Assembly (NCBI GenBank): GCA_011109175.1
Contig: RDEW01000005.1
Coordinates: forward strand, 616,335 to 680,334
Direction: 5' to 3'
DNA length: 64,000 bases
Origin: Dicyema japonicum
Lineage: Eukaryota; Animalia; Dicyemida
Shown here: piece by piece, positions 49,600 through 62,089 of the stretch
How positions within the stretch are numbered: position 1 is the stretch's first letter
How the letters are laid out: each line of letters begins with the position of its first letter
Translations under genes and position numbers: made by a program
Notes under the pieces: model-generated
Seen by the model: the letters and a program-made list of their open reading frames with translations, nothing else
Database searches by the model: none
Told to the model about the DNA's origin: nothing

Positions 49600-52500
49600 A
49601 AGTCAAAGAAGGACTTAACGAACAAAATGTACCACGACCTTAGTTTGCTTCATTTGGACTGTCACCAATACGGAATGAGCTTTGCGGTGGATATCAGACT
49701 CCGGGAGTATATAAAAAGAATATGGAAAGTGAATGACAAAATTTTCGTAATTCAATTGGAAACTGGATCTAACTCTACAATTATAAATGTATATCACCTA
49801 CATCTCCAAAATTCTCTAAAAACCCAACGGAACTGGATGACTTTTACAGTTCACTATCTACAACCCGGGTGGCTTAGTGGTTAGGTGTCGGGCTTAAGTG
49901 GCTTAGGCTACGGGTTCGAATCTCGCTGCTGTTCACCTGGTGGAAGGTTCCACGCATCTACGATGCAGAAATGGTTTGACGAGTGACGCCGTCATCATTG
50001 AATACTCACTGCGGAACTGGATTGTCTAGAAAGGACACTCACACAAGAAAAAGAAAAAAAGAAGTCAAGATCATTCCTTGGTTCTACGATTAGTTAAAAT
50101 TAACTGTTCTTTACTTAAATAAAGTGTGTGTCCTGCCTATGCGGAGCTATAAATACTATGGCTCTCGTGAAAAGGCTTTATTATTATTATCCACAACCCT
50201 TTTGGAAATATCCACGAGCTATCTACTTTACATAAGTGGAGATTGGAACGCGAAGTTTGAAAAAGGGACCCAAAAACTGAGCTTCATGGGTACCCATGGG
50301 AAAGGTCGGAAAGAACATGTCTGGAGCAACTATGGCCAACTTGGCGATTAATAAAACAATTATTCATTTGCAACACAGCATTCCAGCACGCTGCAAGCCA
50401 TATCACGACCTGGACTGGAGAACGCCGAGACTCAGATGGACATGTAATCAAAATATATAACCAAATTGACTACATTCTGTGTCGACAATCACAGAAAGTT
50501 TTACTCTCAGATACCCGAACATATGGAGGAACGCTAACATCGAGTGACCATAAACTATTGGTAATCAAACTTCTCCTAAAGAAAACATTTTTGAATAAGA
50601 GTCAAAAACAGACACAGAGAAGTTAAAAACGATCTTGTCCACAGAAATAACTATTCAGCTAAAATATTACAAACCATAGAACCAATCAATCTCAATCTAC
50701 CTGCTGGAAGTTTATGGAATAAACTCGTAAACAAATAAAATCAGTGGCTAATCACACGATTGGACAATTCCCAAAACTTTCAAAGGAATACACGACCCAC
50801 AAATAGATCACCTCTCCCATGTACAAAAGGATCTACGTATCAAATGCATGAACACCCAGAACCAAGTGAAAGCAACTGAGTTCAAAATCCAAAGAAACAA
50901 AATCAAGAAAAAATGTCAGATAAACCACGAAACAGAGCTACAAAACCTTGCAATGAAATAGGAAAGTACAAACACGAAGCGCAAATGTATGCGTCTGTAA
51001 AGAAGCGCGAAAGAAGAAATCTGAAAATCTAACAGTTCATGATGAACTGGGAGAACCATTTACAACAACCAGGAACGCACAGACACCATAGCTGATCACT
51101 TCGAAAAATATTTCAATTTTGAAAACGAAGAAACGCTTATCTGTTTGATGGAGTCCCAGAAAGCTATCACCAGAAATAACTTTAACGGAAGTTAAAAAGG
51201 CTATGACCAGACTAAACAACTCAAAAACCCCAGGCCCAGATAATGTTAATGCAGAGCTCATAAAATACGCTCCTAAAGAGTTTCAAAAACTCATTACTCA
51301 TATTCTGAACAAAACTTTTAAGGAACACTCCAGAATTAACATCGGAATGGAAAATTAATCCCTTTAGAAAATAGAAAGCTAAACAGTTTAAGACCAATCA
51401 TACTACTCAACTCAATGTGCAAAAGAATAAAAGCCCCACTACGTGGATTTATCGAGATAGCCAAAGTGGGTTTGTCTCTGGAAGATCAACTTCCAATGCC
51501 GTTTGGAGCCACAGATGGATGTGTGCTTCATACCAAAAATATAAAGAGGAGTATTACATAATGGGAATCGACCTATCTAAGGAATTTGACTCAATCAGCA
51601 GAGTCAAGATGATAAAAATATTAACACCACTACTCGAGGAAGATTGCATCAGAATAATTCGTTATCTACTCTCCTCCATCAACTATTTATCCAGCTCGGA
51701 AATCAGAAATCCAGAGTATTCAGAACAAACAAGGGCCCCCAAGGAGACGCCCTATCCCCGGTCTTATTCATCGCATATCTGGAGGCGAACCTACGAGATG
51801 CCAGGAATAATATCCCCAGACATATAACGGAAGTCATCTTCGCAGATAACATAGATCTCACGGAAACAGACCACCAATTGAAAAATCATTCCTAAAAATT
51901 AACACCGAGAAAACAGAATATACTAAGGCGATGCGAACAACGGCACGAAAAAATGGAGGCATACGAAGAAACTTGCCACTCTCTTAGGAGATACAGAAGA
52001 CATACTACGAAGAAAATCACTAGCAGCTTTCGCTCTTAAAAAACTAAACAACGTATGGTTACGAGGTAAACAAATTTCTGCCTATTTAAATATCAAAATA
52101 TAAAATATGTTCGTAAAACCGGTTTTACTGTACAACTCTTCTACCTGGGCACTCACAATGCCTGAAATGGAAAGTCTGATCTCCTTTCATTAAATGCAGC
52201 TCATATACATTCTAAGAATTTCCTGGCCAAAGCACATCTCAAACAAATACCTCTATTCCCATTACTATATCCATCCATTGGACGGAGAAATAAGAAGTAA
52301 CAGATGGGGCTATTTGGTCACATCCTTAAGAATGGACAGGAATACTCCCACTAATCTGCGATGGAACACCATGCTCCTCATCCGGGATCGACTTTCCGGG
52401 GAAGACCACGAATTACTCTACCAACCCTTCTACATCAAGACCTAACTTCGATTGGGAAAGGGTTGACGTCGGCAGATGATCTTGAGCACCTGAGGGACCT

Positions 52501-52610
52501 ATCGTGGGACAGAGGGAACTGGAAGCGATTAACGAAACGCATCGAGGAAAGGGTGGCACAAGCGAGATAACTTTACTAACGTTGTTTTGCGGTGTGCTTA
52601 ATAATAATAT
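49600..52610 (+). mobile_element. RTE-clade LINE, near full ORF (APE + RT) but degraded, (TAA)n tail, interrupted by a SINE
   Basis: INVY...ELDDFYSSL|STTL...ISGDWNAK, NQIDYILC, SDHKL, KTPGPDNVNAELIKY, LRPIILLN, QSGFVSGRST, IDLSKEFDS, PQGDALSPVLF, FADN, KPVLLYNSSTWA, RGRPRITLPTLLHQDL. Confidence 0.95.
49866..50187 (+). mobile_element. tRNA-derived SINE (family B) inserted into the RTE APE domain
   Basis: A box TGGCTTAGTGG (49870-49880), B box GGTTCGAATC (49913-49922), (TTA)n tail, TSD TATC(T/C)ACAACC (49855-49865, 50188-50198). Excision restores the APE frame. Confidence 0.9.
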
Positions 52611-53096
52611 ATCCTTATCACCTCAATAACAGCTTTGCAATCAATGTTCCTCATAATGCTCCTTCTGCAATTATAGGTCAACCCATTAATTAAACCCGGA
52701 AATCCATAACTGACCGAAATAAAATATAAACCACGTGAGAATTAAGAATAATTGTAACATTACCTTGAAAGACCTTCTTTTCGAAAATGTAGTTTGATAA
52801 CACGTTCCTTGTAGGCATTCACGGAGGCTCTACTATTCAACAGATAGAACACTTAAAGATCCCACAGGGAGATCTCGAAAATTATTGGAGGTCACTTTTA
52901 ACCATTCTTGGTGGTCTTGGGATTCTTAATAATAACACATGCTCATTCGTAAATTATAACTGAAAATTTGTTGACTAAGGAATTTATCGTTACAACAACA
53001 GTAAAATAGGTAAGAATTGGTTATCCATGTTAGAAAAAGCTCCACGTGGGTAGGACGGTTATATGGCTATAAAATAAAGCTTGAAAGCAAAACAAA

Positions 53097-55188
53097 TTAA
53101 AACACAAAAATATAATTCAAGGTTAATGTAATCAACGTCAACACGAAAACTGGCTTTAGTTTTTCCTGAGTAGTCCACAGTGAGTAATAATGCCCCCTAT
53201 TTTCCAGCAATTCAGAATGTCTTCATTTAAAAGTCAGCATACCTCCCCCGTTCCACAATGGCCCCCTTGTCAAAAACAATGATCTCATCCGCGAGTTCTA
53301 TGGTTGTGAGTCTGTGAGCGATTATCAACTGAGAACAATCTTTGAAGGATCTTCTTAAATTATCAAAAATCTTCTTCTCAGTGACGTTGTCCAGGGAAGA
53401 AGAAGCCTTCACTGAGTGAAATGAGAACCTCATCGAAGATAATAATGTTCCCCTTCTTTATAAGAGAGCGAGCGATCGCTAGTCTCTGCTTCTCTCCCCC
53501 ACTAAGCTTTAGACCTCGTTCTCCCACGAAGGAGCTGCAGCCTGGAATTAGCTCTAAGACTACCCTCCACCAACGTGTTTATGAAATCGATAATCTCAGC
53601 CATTTTGCAAGCTTCAACAATTTCTTCGTCATAGCACGCCGGGTTTCCGTATTTTACGTTAAAACTGAATTCATGAAACACCAGAACCTGATAGTGTCGT
53701 TGAATAGGGAGGGATCCTGGCTTACCGTGTTTATTCCCCTGCGGAGGCTGTTCAGAGAGACCTGTAATTCTCAAAATGGGAGTACTTTCGAGATATCCAT
53801 TCCGTCGATAAGTATCATCCCGGAGTCCGGCTTGAAAAACCTTAGAAGAAGTCGAATAAGAGTCGATTTGCCAGAGCCGGTTTCTCCAACCAAGGCCACT
53901 ACTTTTCCCGGTTCCATAGTCAGTGTGATGTTTTTGAGGGAACCGAACTTTCTAAACTTCGCCAAACTTCCTAAAACTGGTTTTCATGAGCGTAGGAGAC
54001 ATTCTGAAACTCCACGACCCCCTTTTTAATAGACAAATCGCCTAGTGGAGCTTTGGATTCCTCGGGTTCCAGCTCCATGAGGTCGAAGACTTTCTCCATA
54101 TCTACAAAAGCCTGTATAATCATTCTGGGGGATATTAAAGATCTGAAACCTGTATATTGTCCCCAGAAAGCTCAGAGGAACTTGTATTTGCCGAAAATAA
54201 GTGAAAAGAAGAGCGAAGTCCCCCGCTGTGTAAGACATAGGTTGTTTAAAGATCTTGTAGGCCATAACCAAGAGACTTGTGACGGTCCCCACGACAAATA
54301 GTCCACTTTGTGTGATATTCAGCACTTCCAGACTTATGAGGACCTTCCATTCCCATTTCTGGAAGAGCTTGATTTTATCTTTGTAAAGGCCGGTCTCGTA
54401 GTCTTCGTTAGCGAAGCTTTTTACCTAAAAACTAAGCAAACAGTAAACGGTCTCAAAGTTCATGAAGACATCCACAGCTCTGGCATTCATGTCGTTTGCA
54501 TAATTATTCATCTCCCGTCGATAATTTATGCGGAGTTGGGAGATGCCGATGGTGGCAGCTGAAGTGAGAAGGAAAAAAACCAAAGTATAAAATTATTGTG
54601 ACCAAAATAATGACCCCGAAAATCCAGCTGAAAGTGGTAGAAAGGTAAACCACGGCAATCACGGTGTCCGCGATTGTCGGAAGGATGCGGAAGATCATGT
54701 ATCTGGGATATAAAATTCCTAATTTTACTCAATCACGTATTTTAGGCTTTCCTTCCCCCGCTCGATGATCCGCAAAATCTCCCCCGTTTTCTTTTTCACG
54801 TGCCAATCGAACGAAAGGCTAAGCAAATGCCCGTACAGCTTAGCCATCAAATTCTTGGTCATATTTTGCTCAACGGGAATCCACAGGAGGCTTTTCAGGC
54901 ACGCAAGAATTCCCCCGATGCCGGAAAGGAAGGAAAAAAGTCCGAAAAGTAAAATATCCTTCCACGGAAAAACAGTGAGAACACGTGTGTTCGTTTGGGT
55001 AACAGAATCAACTAAAATTGATGAAATTGAAAACTGAGTTTTTTCACGTAAATTGGAATCAACAGATTCACTCCACGACCAGAAATGAAAATTAGAAATG
55101 ACAGCAGAATGTTAAATTGGAGTAAAGGCCTTTTTCTCGGCCACATATATTTCCATATTATTTTTACGTGCCAAAAAACTGACCTCAT
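53097..55188 (-). CDS. ABCB6: ABCB6/HMT1-type half ABC transporter (TMD + NBD), apparently intact, about 10 tiny GT-AG introns; start codon uncertain
   Basis: WKYMWPRK...GRGVNLLIPIYVKKL, LWIPVEQ, FDWHVKKKTGEILRIIERG, MNFET|VK, Walker A GETGSGKST, QDPSLFNDTI, VGERGLKLSGGEKQRLAIAR, IIIFDE|ASSSLD, IIAHRLTTI. Confidence 0.92.
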
Positions 55189-55929
55189 TTCTTCTGAATT
55201 TTCCGAGACAAGAGGAATTTGATCATCCTATTTATTTTAAATTATAATTTTAATTTAATATTAATTTAAATTTAATAAAAATACGTTTAAATTCCGTAAT
55301 TTTTTAATGATAAAAATTATGATGATTATCAATTGGATAAGACTTTCCACGAGGCTACAAATCAGCCACAAAGTTACACGTGGGGCCAGTTTGAGTCATT
55401 GGAGATGACTGGCGGAATTTAGGAGAATTGGAATGGTGGTGATCAATATAATTTCTGACTTATAACCGAAAAGTCTAAAATTGAGAAAAACGTTTAATTA
55501 AGAGTGTTAACCTTTCATAAATAATAAAATGTAATAAAATTATAATTGACAATGAGTAGACAATACATCTGATGACATGAGATATCGAGATGTCGTGCAG
55601 AGACTGAACTACGGTGCTAATTATAAGAAAAATCATCCAAATTGAGTAAATTGTTGAGATTAGAGTGATTTTCGGTCTAAATTGATGAATTTGCTAACTT
55701 TTTGTAGAACTGGCATTTTCTGGTCTTTTTATGATAAATCAGTGTTGATTGAAGTATTAGATATAGTGAGGGACCGATTATGTTTAATATTATTGCCTTT
55801 ATACTTTTAGTGTCGTTAACAAGGCTCATCTTTATCTTTGTGATAATTTTTAATTTTTTTATCAAAATTGATAAATTTAATTATTTTATTATTATTTTTA
55901 ATATAAAATATTTATTTATTAATATATTA

Positions 55930-56750
55930 TCGAATTACAATATAATAATTTGATGGAAAAGATCAACTTAAAAAGCCTTCATAAGGTCCTCTTCAGAGTA
56001 TTGGACAACCCACATGTCGACCTTAAGTCGTCGACAATATGGCTAAAATACGGTGACAACTCACCTCGATCGGAGGCGATGTACACGTATATGCAAGACC
56101 GCAATATTTTTTGTGGTCGATCAACAAATACATGTCCCCACTGTAAGTCAAGGAGCATGTCGGTTGATCATTTAGCCACTTGGTGCGGATCCATGCTCTG
56201 CCGCGACTATGTGTGGAGGCATAACGAGGTAGTAAGGAGTCTTCATCTTCTACTATGCAATAAGTATGGTATTCGCCACGCCAGAAAGTTGCGGATTCAT
56301 AAGGTGCAATCTGTAGTAGAGAACACCAGAGTCCAAATTATGGTAGACAGTGTTATCCGTATCTCGGTGCTAGTCAAGCACAATAAACCGGACATTGTGG
56401 TACACGATAAGGAGTCTGGTCAAGTCCTTATCATAGAGGTTGGCATTACGTCTCAAGACTTTTTGCAGACTGTGGAGGTGGAAAAAAAAGAAATATGACT
56501 TGTTTGCTAGCGAGATGTGGCAGATGCTTGGTTGCAAGGTCCTCGTTATTTCAATAGTAATGACGTGGGAAGGAATTGCAACAGAGTACCACAAAGGTTA
56601 TCTGAAGCAGTTGGGGTAGATAGGAAACTCCAGGCCTATCTACCACCATTGTATTAAAGCGGACCCTAGAGAGCCTGACACTGGAGTATAGGAAGCAGAC
56701 CCCGGAGATGCCATATGGGCAGAGGGTTCAATTAGACAAGGCGCTCTCGA
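55930..56750 (+). mobile_element. R4/Dong-like RLE non-LTR retrotransposon, CCHC + endonuclease fragment
   Basis: CPHCKSRSMSVDHLATWC...YVWRHNEVV...KHNKPDIVVHDKESGQVLIIEVGIT...EVEKK. Confidence 0.9.
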
Positions 56751-57679
56751 AGTAACAAAATATTGCCAACGCAAACAAATTGGGGATAAAGCATTGGTGC
56801 TAAGTTTTGTTATTCCTCTATGAGATGACGTGGGACTATCGTTAGTAAATTCAAAAGGGGTACTTGATACAGCTTGACGTGTATAGAGATATCCTCGTAT
56901 ACGTACAAGCAACTGTGCTTAAGATAACTTTTGAGACCGTGTTCATAGACTCTATCCTCTTGTACAGTCTAGAATGCAAGAGGATAAAATCGTAAGCAAA
57001 GACACGTGAGAATGAATAGTAAGCATTGAAGGAGCTGTGATATGATCCTCTTACATAGGTTGGATTGTCTCCAAGTAGAGCGAACTGAACAGACATGATC
57101 ATGGCGAATTGTGTCGTGTATCAAGTCAATGCGACGAATTAGAAGACATTGAGTCACTAAGACTGATTAACTGATAAATTTACTGTTCATTCACTTTTGA
57201 GGCAGAGTCATATGGTTTACCAGCTATGTGTTTTGGTAATCCTTAGAGGGTAACTGATACATATCGAATTCGGGATCAATTCTTGAAGGTTCCCTCAACT
57301 GTAAAAACTATACGTTTTATTCTTCTTCCTTTAGTCCACGAAGAATAGCGGGTTATCTTGGAAAAATTTTATGAAATAACACGGGTCCTGCCTCGAAGGG
57401 CATTGATTGCTCACTGGGATGACTCTTCCAGTAATCCTTAGTAAGCTTTAAGGAAGATCACAGTCCTTCATGCAAAGAACTGTTATGTTGGTGTTATGTG
57501 TTCAATTCCTTAGCGATTGGTATAAGAAAAGTTAGAGATCTTTGCTCGCCCTGGATTACCAGGACTCAACATGGAAGTGGATCTCTGGAAGCGATCTGTC
57601 TTATCACACAGCTTCATCTAGCTGACAGACGAATTCTATCAAGAAAAGTAGTTCAAAGGCATATACATAGGAGGGGTTC

Positions 57680-58092
57680 CCATTCAAAATGGCCTCCGAT
57701 AAATTTTTCAGGTTTTGGATAAGTTCATCAATAAACATCACGAGATATTTTACAATGTGTTTTGACATCTATAGGTAAAAAAGTCATCTTTTTTAAATCT
57801 TATAAAAATTGATTTTAAGGGGTCCTATGGATTGTACTCAACCTGGAGTCGTTCTCAACTGGTGACAATAATTAATTTTTATTCCGAAGTCAATTAGTAT
57901 CTTAAAATCATGGGGTTTATAGGACCTTGGTAAAATGTTCCGATTACCCATAGGACCCCCTAAAATCAATTTTTATAAGATTAAAAAAAGATGACTTTTT
58001 TAACCTAAAGATGTCGTTTCGCTAATATCTCGTGATGTTTATTGATGAATTATCCAAAACTTGAAAAATTAATTGGAGGCCATTTTGAATGG
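57680..58092. mobile_element. Foldback MITE-like element: ~150-bp inverted arms, ~115-bp spacer
   Basis: Left arm 57680-57830 (ccattcaaaatggcctcc...ggtcctatgg) is the reverse complement of right arm 57948-58092, with a few mismatches. Confidence 0.85.
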
Positions 58093-59094
58093 ACACGATA
58101 GGAGGTCAACAACTAACAAGTTAGAGGGGGCAATATTTATGCCATGATACTTATAATTAGTTTTAATTATAATTTGAATAATTTTTAATAAAATAATTTG
58201 AATTCGAATAAATAAAATTTGTTGCATTTGACTCACGTGGTAATATTTTTAAGAAATAAACTAAAGTATGTTTTATGGACTGGGAGCCCGTAAATACACG
58301 ATAAATCTAATTTGTGCTATTGTTGCTACTTTATGTGGATCTCAGTGTGTTCACATGTATTATCAACCTCTTGCAGTTTAAATAATTTTAACCTTAGGAT
58401 ATGCCCGAACTAATCGAACAGAACGTCAAACTCCTCAAAGAAATGAACAAAAATTAAGCCTGATTTTATAAATTTAAAATAAATATTTTATTTCAAGCCC
58501 CAAAAAACCATCATTGGGTTCTGCTCCCTCATCTGCTACATGGTGACGGTATCGCTTCTTTTTTAAAATTCCTTTTTTCCAGTTTACTAAGGAGGTGTCT
58601 TGTGTTAACTTTTCTCATCTGGTGTCCAGAGTGAGGGTGGCATGTAAACGAATCATTTGATCTATCCCCCACTCAATTGGATTATTCCTTGGGGAATACC
58701 CACAACTGCATTGACTGGAGGTTTATTCCAGTCCTGTTTAGGACTAAGTTTGGAAGTCACTCTGTTTCTAATGCGTGGGGACATTTATTAGTTGCTACTA
58801 TTAACTTATTTCTCGGTCTATTCGCGGTTATTTAGAGCGTCTTGTTTAGTCAACAATAATGACGTCTGTCTGACCGAGGTCAATGGGTTTATCTAGTGAC
58901 TGAAGTGATTGTGGGAACATATTCGCATCCGTATAATTAAGTGAAAACCCAAGGACTATCTTGTGGATTTTCTAGATCTTACCTTGATTAAATATGATTT
59001 TGTGTTCACTGCTGCACGTGGTGTGTCATGAACTTTGCATGATGGTAGTCCTTTAAAAAAAGTTTTCTATACAGCTCTACAACAACAAAAAAGC

Positions 59095-59890
59095 GATTTA
59101 TTAACAAAAGAGATAAGGAGTTTTCTGGAGGGTATTACATCTGAGTCCTACCATAGGGCTTAGACTCCACACCTGGACCCTTCCTCCTTTTTTATTAATT
59201 TTTTTCAGACGTTTCTTCCAGATTTATATACGTGTCCTAGATCTTTGATCTCCTCCTGAAACATTGATCGAACCTTCACAATCCTGCTAATCGTTCTAAG
59301 AGCTTGTTTTCGTCCTCGCTTAGACAGTCTTTCAGCTTCTTGCTTAAGGAGAGGTTAATTGCAGCTCTCCTAGTCTTCTCTAGGAGGGATAAGATCTTCT
59401 TCCTCTTCAGAGAGAAGAACCACCCTCGCATCCATAAAGTAGGCTAGGAAGAATAACTCCCTTAAAGATAAACAGATAAGTGTCACGGCTAACGTGTAAC
59501 TTCCGTGTACATAGAAGCGACTGAAAGGCTCTCTTTCTCCTCCCTTTTATGTCGTCCATGTAATCTCCTGCGTGTCCATAGTCGACCCCCAGGTAGCGCA
59601 GACTGTGTGCATTGTTTACTCCCAGTGTGTATTCTTGTTTCAGGTGCTTTTTTACATTGCTTATTCTGAGTGCGCAAGATTTTTCAGCAGAGAGCTTTAA
59701 CCCTTTCAAGTTGCACCATTGCTCAATCTGGTCAACATAGTCCCGGATTCTTCCTTCAGATATAGAAGATTTTAGAGATATGTCCACCACGATTACGTCA
59801 TCCGCATAAATAAGAAGACTAGTACTAATATTCCTCGGACATGGAGAACTCGCCATGACATACAGGCTCTTCTTGCGTCTGAAAAACAAA
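59095..59890 (-). mobile_element. Non-LTR retrotransposon RT C-terminal fragment, clade uncertain
   Basis: LLIYADDVIV, WCNLKGLKLSAEKS, LRYLGV, ILPSLLYGCE. Confidence 0.85.
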
Positions 59891-60269
59891 GGTAATGGAT
59901 TCTCTTTGTGGTCATGGATGCAAAAAGGGCGAACTTGCGAGGATTGAGGTGTTACTGGAGGATTTTACAGAGGGTTACTTTTCCCCGCAACTATTTCTTT
60001 GGTAATGGATCACTGAACAGGATCCTTAACTCTATGTTCCCAAGACTCAAAATAATCAGGAGGATACTAATACTCTGGTTTATTTTGTTTTTTATTGACG
60101 ATGATATTTAAAGAAGATTCCGTTATTAAAATGATGGAAGCTGTTATTAAAAAGGTGAAAGATATTTTTGATTACAAATGTAATTATTTTTAACATTGAC
60201 ATTATCCGATTTTTTATTTTTCTATTTAAGGATGACCATTTTCATTATTTTTAATTTTTAGTTGTTTTG

Positions 60270-60480
60270 GCAATCGAGACGTCTGGTGAGGCCGGAAGTA
60301 TTACAGCCTCTTTCCTAAAGGAAATCGGAGGGAAATTGGCCCACCGTAGGAAAGACGTGCGGGTAGCGGTCTGGCTGAGGCAACAAATTGGGATCGCAGT
60401 TGTCCGTGGAAACGCTTACTCTGTAATGTAAGCAGCCGCTCTCCCCCATAGTTAATAAATAATATTTTGTTGTTTTGAAA
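60270..60480 (+). mobile_element. CRE-clade 3' end (third subfamily)
   Basis: LAIETSGEAGSITASFLKEIGGKLAHRRKDVRVAVWLRQQIGIAVVRGNA. Confidence 0.75.
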
Positions 60481-60829
60481 AATAAATCTTTATTAAAAAA
60501 AAGTTCTGTAGTGATTAAAAATAATAAAAGTGAATTAAGTAATGTTTGTGATTAAACTTCAAGTATTCCCATCAAAGAGAGAATACCGAAATGATGATTT
60601 ATATTAGAGAATATGAACATCAAAGATTATTTAAATACATAATTCGGTGGAAATTGACAGTAAAACTCCTACAATAATACTTGAAACAATATAATATTTT
60701 TTATTAATTTAATTAATTTGAAACTTAGCAATTTGATAATAATCAATAATCATGTTTATCACGACTAATTAGTATGCCAATTTAAGTGCTATAAAACTAG
60801 AATTTTTTCATTTTATTATTTATCAAAAA

Positions 60830-61400
60830 CAAAAAATCAATCAAAAGTTGACCCCCAGACATAATCGACGTTGCGTTGCCTATCATGATCGTAACTAAGA
60901 TCAACTGGAGAAGCCACCTTGTCTCACGTGCGTCGTGGCTTTTTAGTGTACCTAGGCGTGCCAGTTTCTTTAGGTAGAGAAACGATTCCCCGCCTATTCC
61001 TCATGTTGTCTCAAATACGACGGGCCAGAACGTGAACCGATCGTGCAATGCTTCATATTTTTTCTCCTTTGCTTTTATTGTTTTTTCCGCGGCATACAGT
61101 GTGTCTACCGCGCTACCACCAATATTGGATAGGAAAAGGGGGTTCACGCACGTAGCATCCCATACCAAAGACTTTTTCTCCACGAATAGCAAAATTGTGA
61201 TTCGTCCGGTTGTTTTTCGTCCCCTCTGTCCAGGCCAACATGCTCAAGTATGGAGAAGTTTCCAGCAGACTCCAGGGCTCGCTTAATAATCCCGTTCATC
61301 GCCTTATGTCTTGGGAATCGTTCTGCACTTCTACAAGAAAGGGCATAACAGTCCATAACATTTTTTATAATAATTTTTTTAATAGCTAGAAACAATTTGC
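60830..61400 (-). mobile_element. CRE-clade RLE domain and 3' end
   Basis: RFPRHKAMNGIIKRALESAG...GLDRGDEKQPD, KSLVWDATC, KEKKYEAL...FWPVVFETT. Confidence 0.85.
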
Positions 61401-61485
61401 CCTACTAATAGCAGTTCCATGTGTGACAAAAAGATAATACAGAGTTTTAATGTCTCGGTTAAGAAGCCAAGTGGACAATCTAGAG

Positions 61486-62015
61486 AAGTGGTTCCCAACC
61501 TGGATTCCGCGAAATTTAAAGATCATTTGGTAATTTTGAATGACACTGCGAAATATTTTCGGGATAAATTTGATGACGATTGGGTACAAAATCCAAAGTG
61601 AAGTAATACAAGCAAATCTAACATCAATTGAATATGCTTATTGCTCTGACATCAGAATCAACGTCAAATCAGATTTATAAAATGAACCTAATTTTTGGAG
61701 AGCATACATTTCAAAATACCCTGATATCTCAAAGGCTGTACGTAAACTATTACCTTTTCCAGCGACTTACTTATGCGAGTCGGGGTTTTCAATATATACA
61801 TCTACCAAGACTTCCGTGATATGAGGAGACAGTTGTCAACAATAACTTGTAACGTTACAATGGTAAAAAGTTACCTCAATGTTCATATTAAAATTATTTT
61901 TGGTTATTACGATTATGTTTTAAGTGAAAATTGTAATAATTGAATTGGAAGGGTTCCGCAAAAAATAAATTAATCCAAAAGGGTTCCGCGAGCACCTTAA
62001 GGCTAGGAACCACTG
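61486..62015 (+). mobile_element. Internally deleted hAT (Buster/Charlie, ZBED5-like), 530 bp
   Basis: TIRs (A)AGTGGTTCCCAACCT / AGGCTAGGAACCACTG; perfect 8-bp TSD ATCTAGAG (61478-61485, 62016-62023); remnant LLPFPATYLCESGFS. Confidence 0.9.
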
Positions 62016-62089
62016 ATCTAGAGTACTGTTATTTCAGAGTATTCTTAAAGTTATTTTGATTTTAATAAATAATACGAATATTTTTAAAT

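Noticed and set aside
49866-49925. Genuine tRNA gene (also 31650-31713)
   Set aside because: It has A and B boxes but no complete cloverleaf, and it continues into a 320-bp tailed, TSD-flanked SINE.
53421-54562. Plus-strand ORFs of 202, 82 and 84 aa
   Set aside because: Antisense shadows of the ABCB6 gene.
56900-57200. Additional RTE 3' remnant
   Set aside because: Only a faint motif resemblance; too decayed to support.
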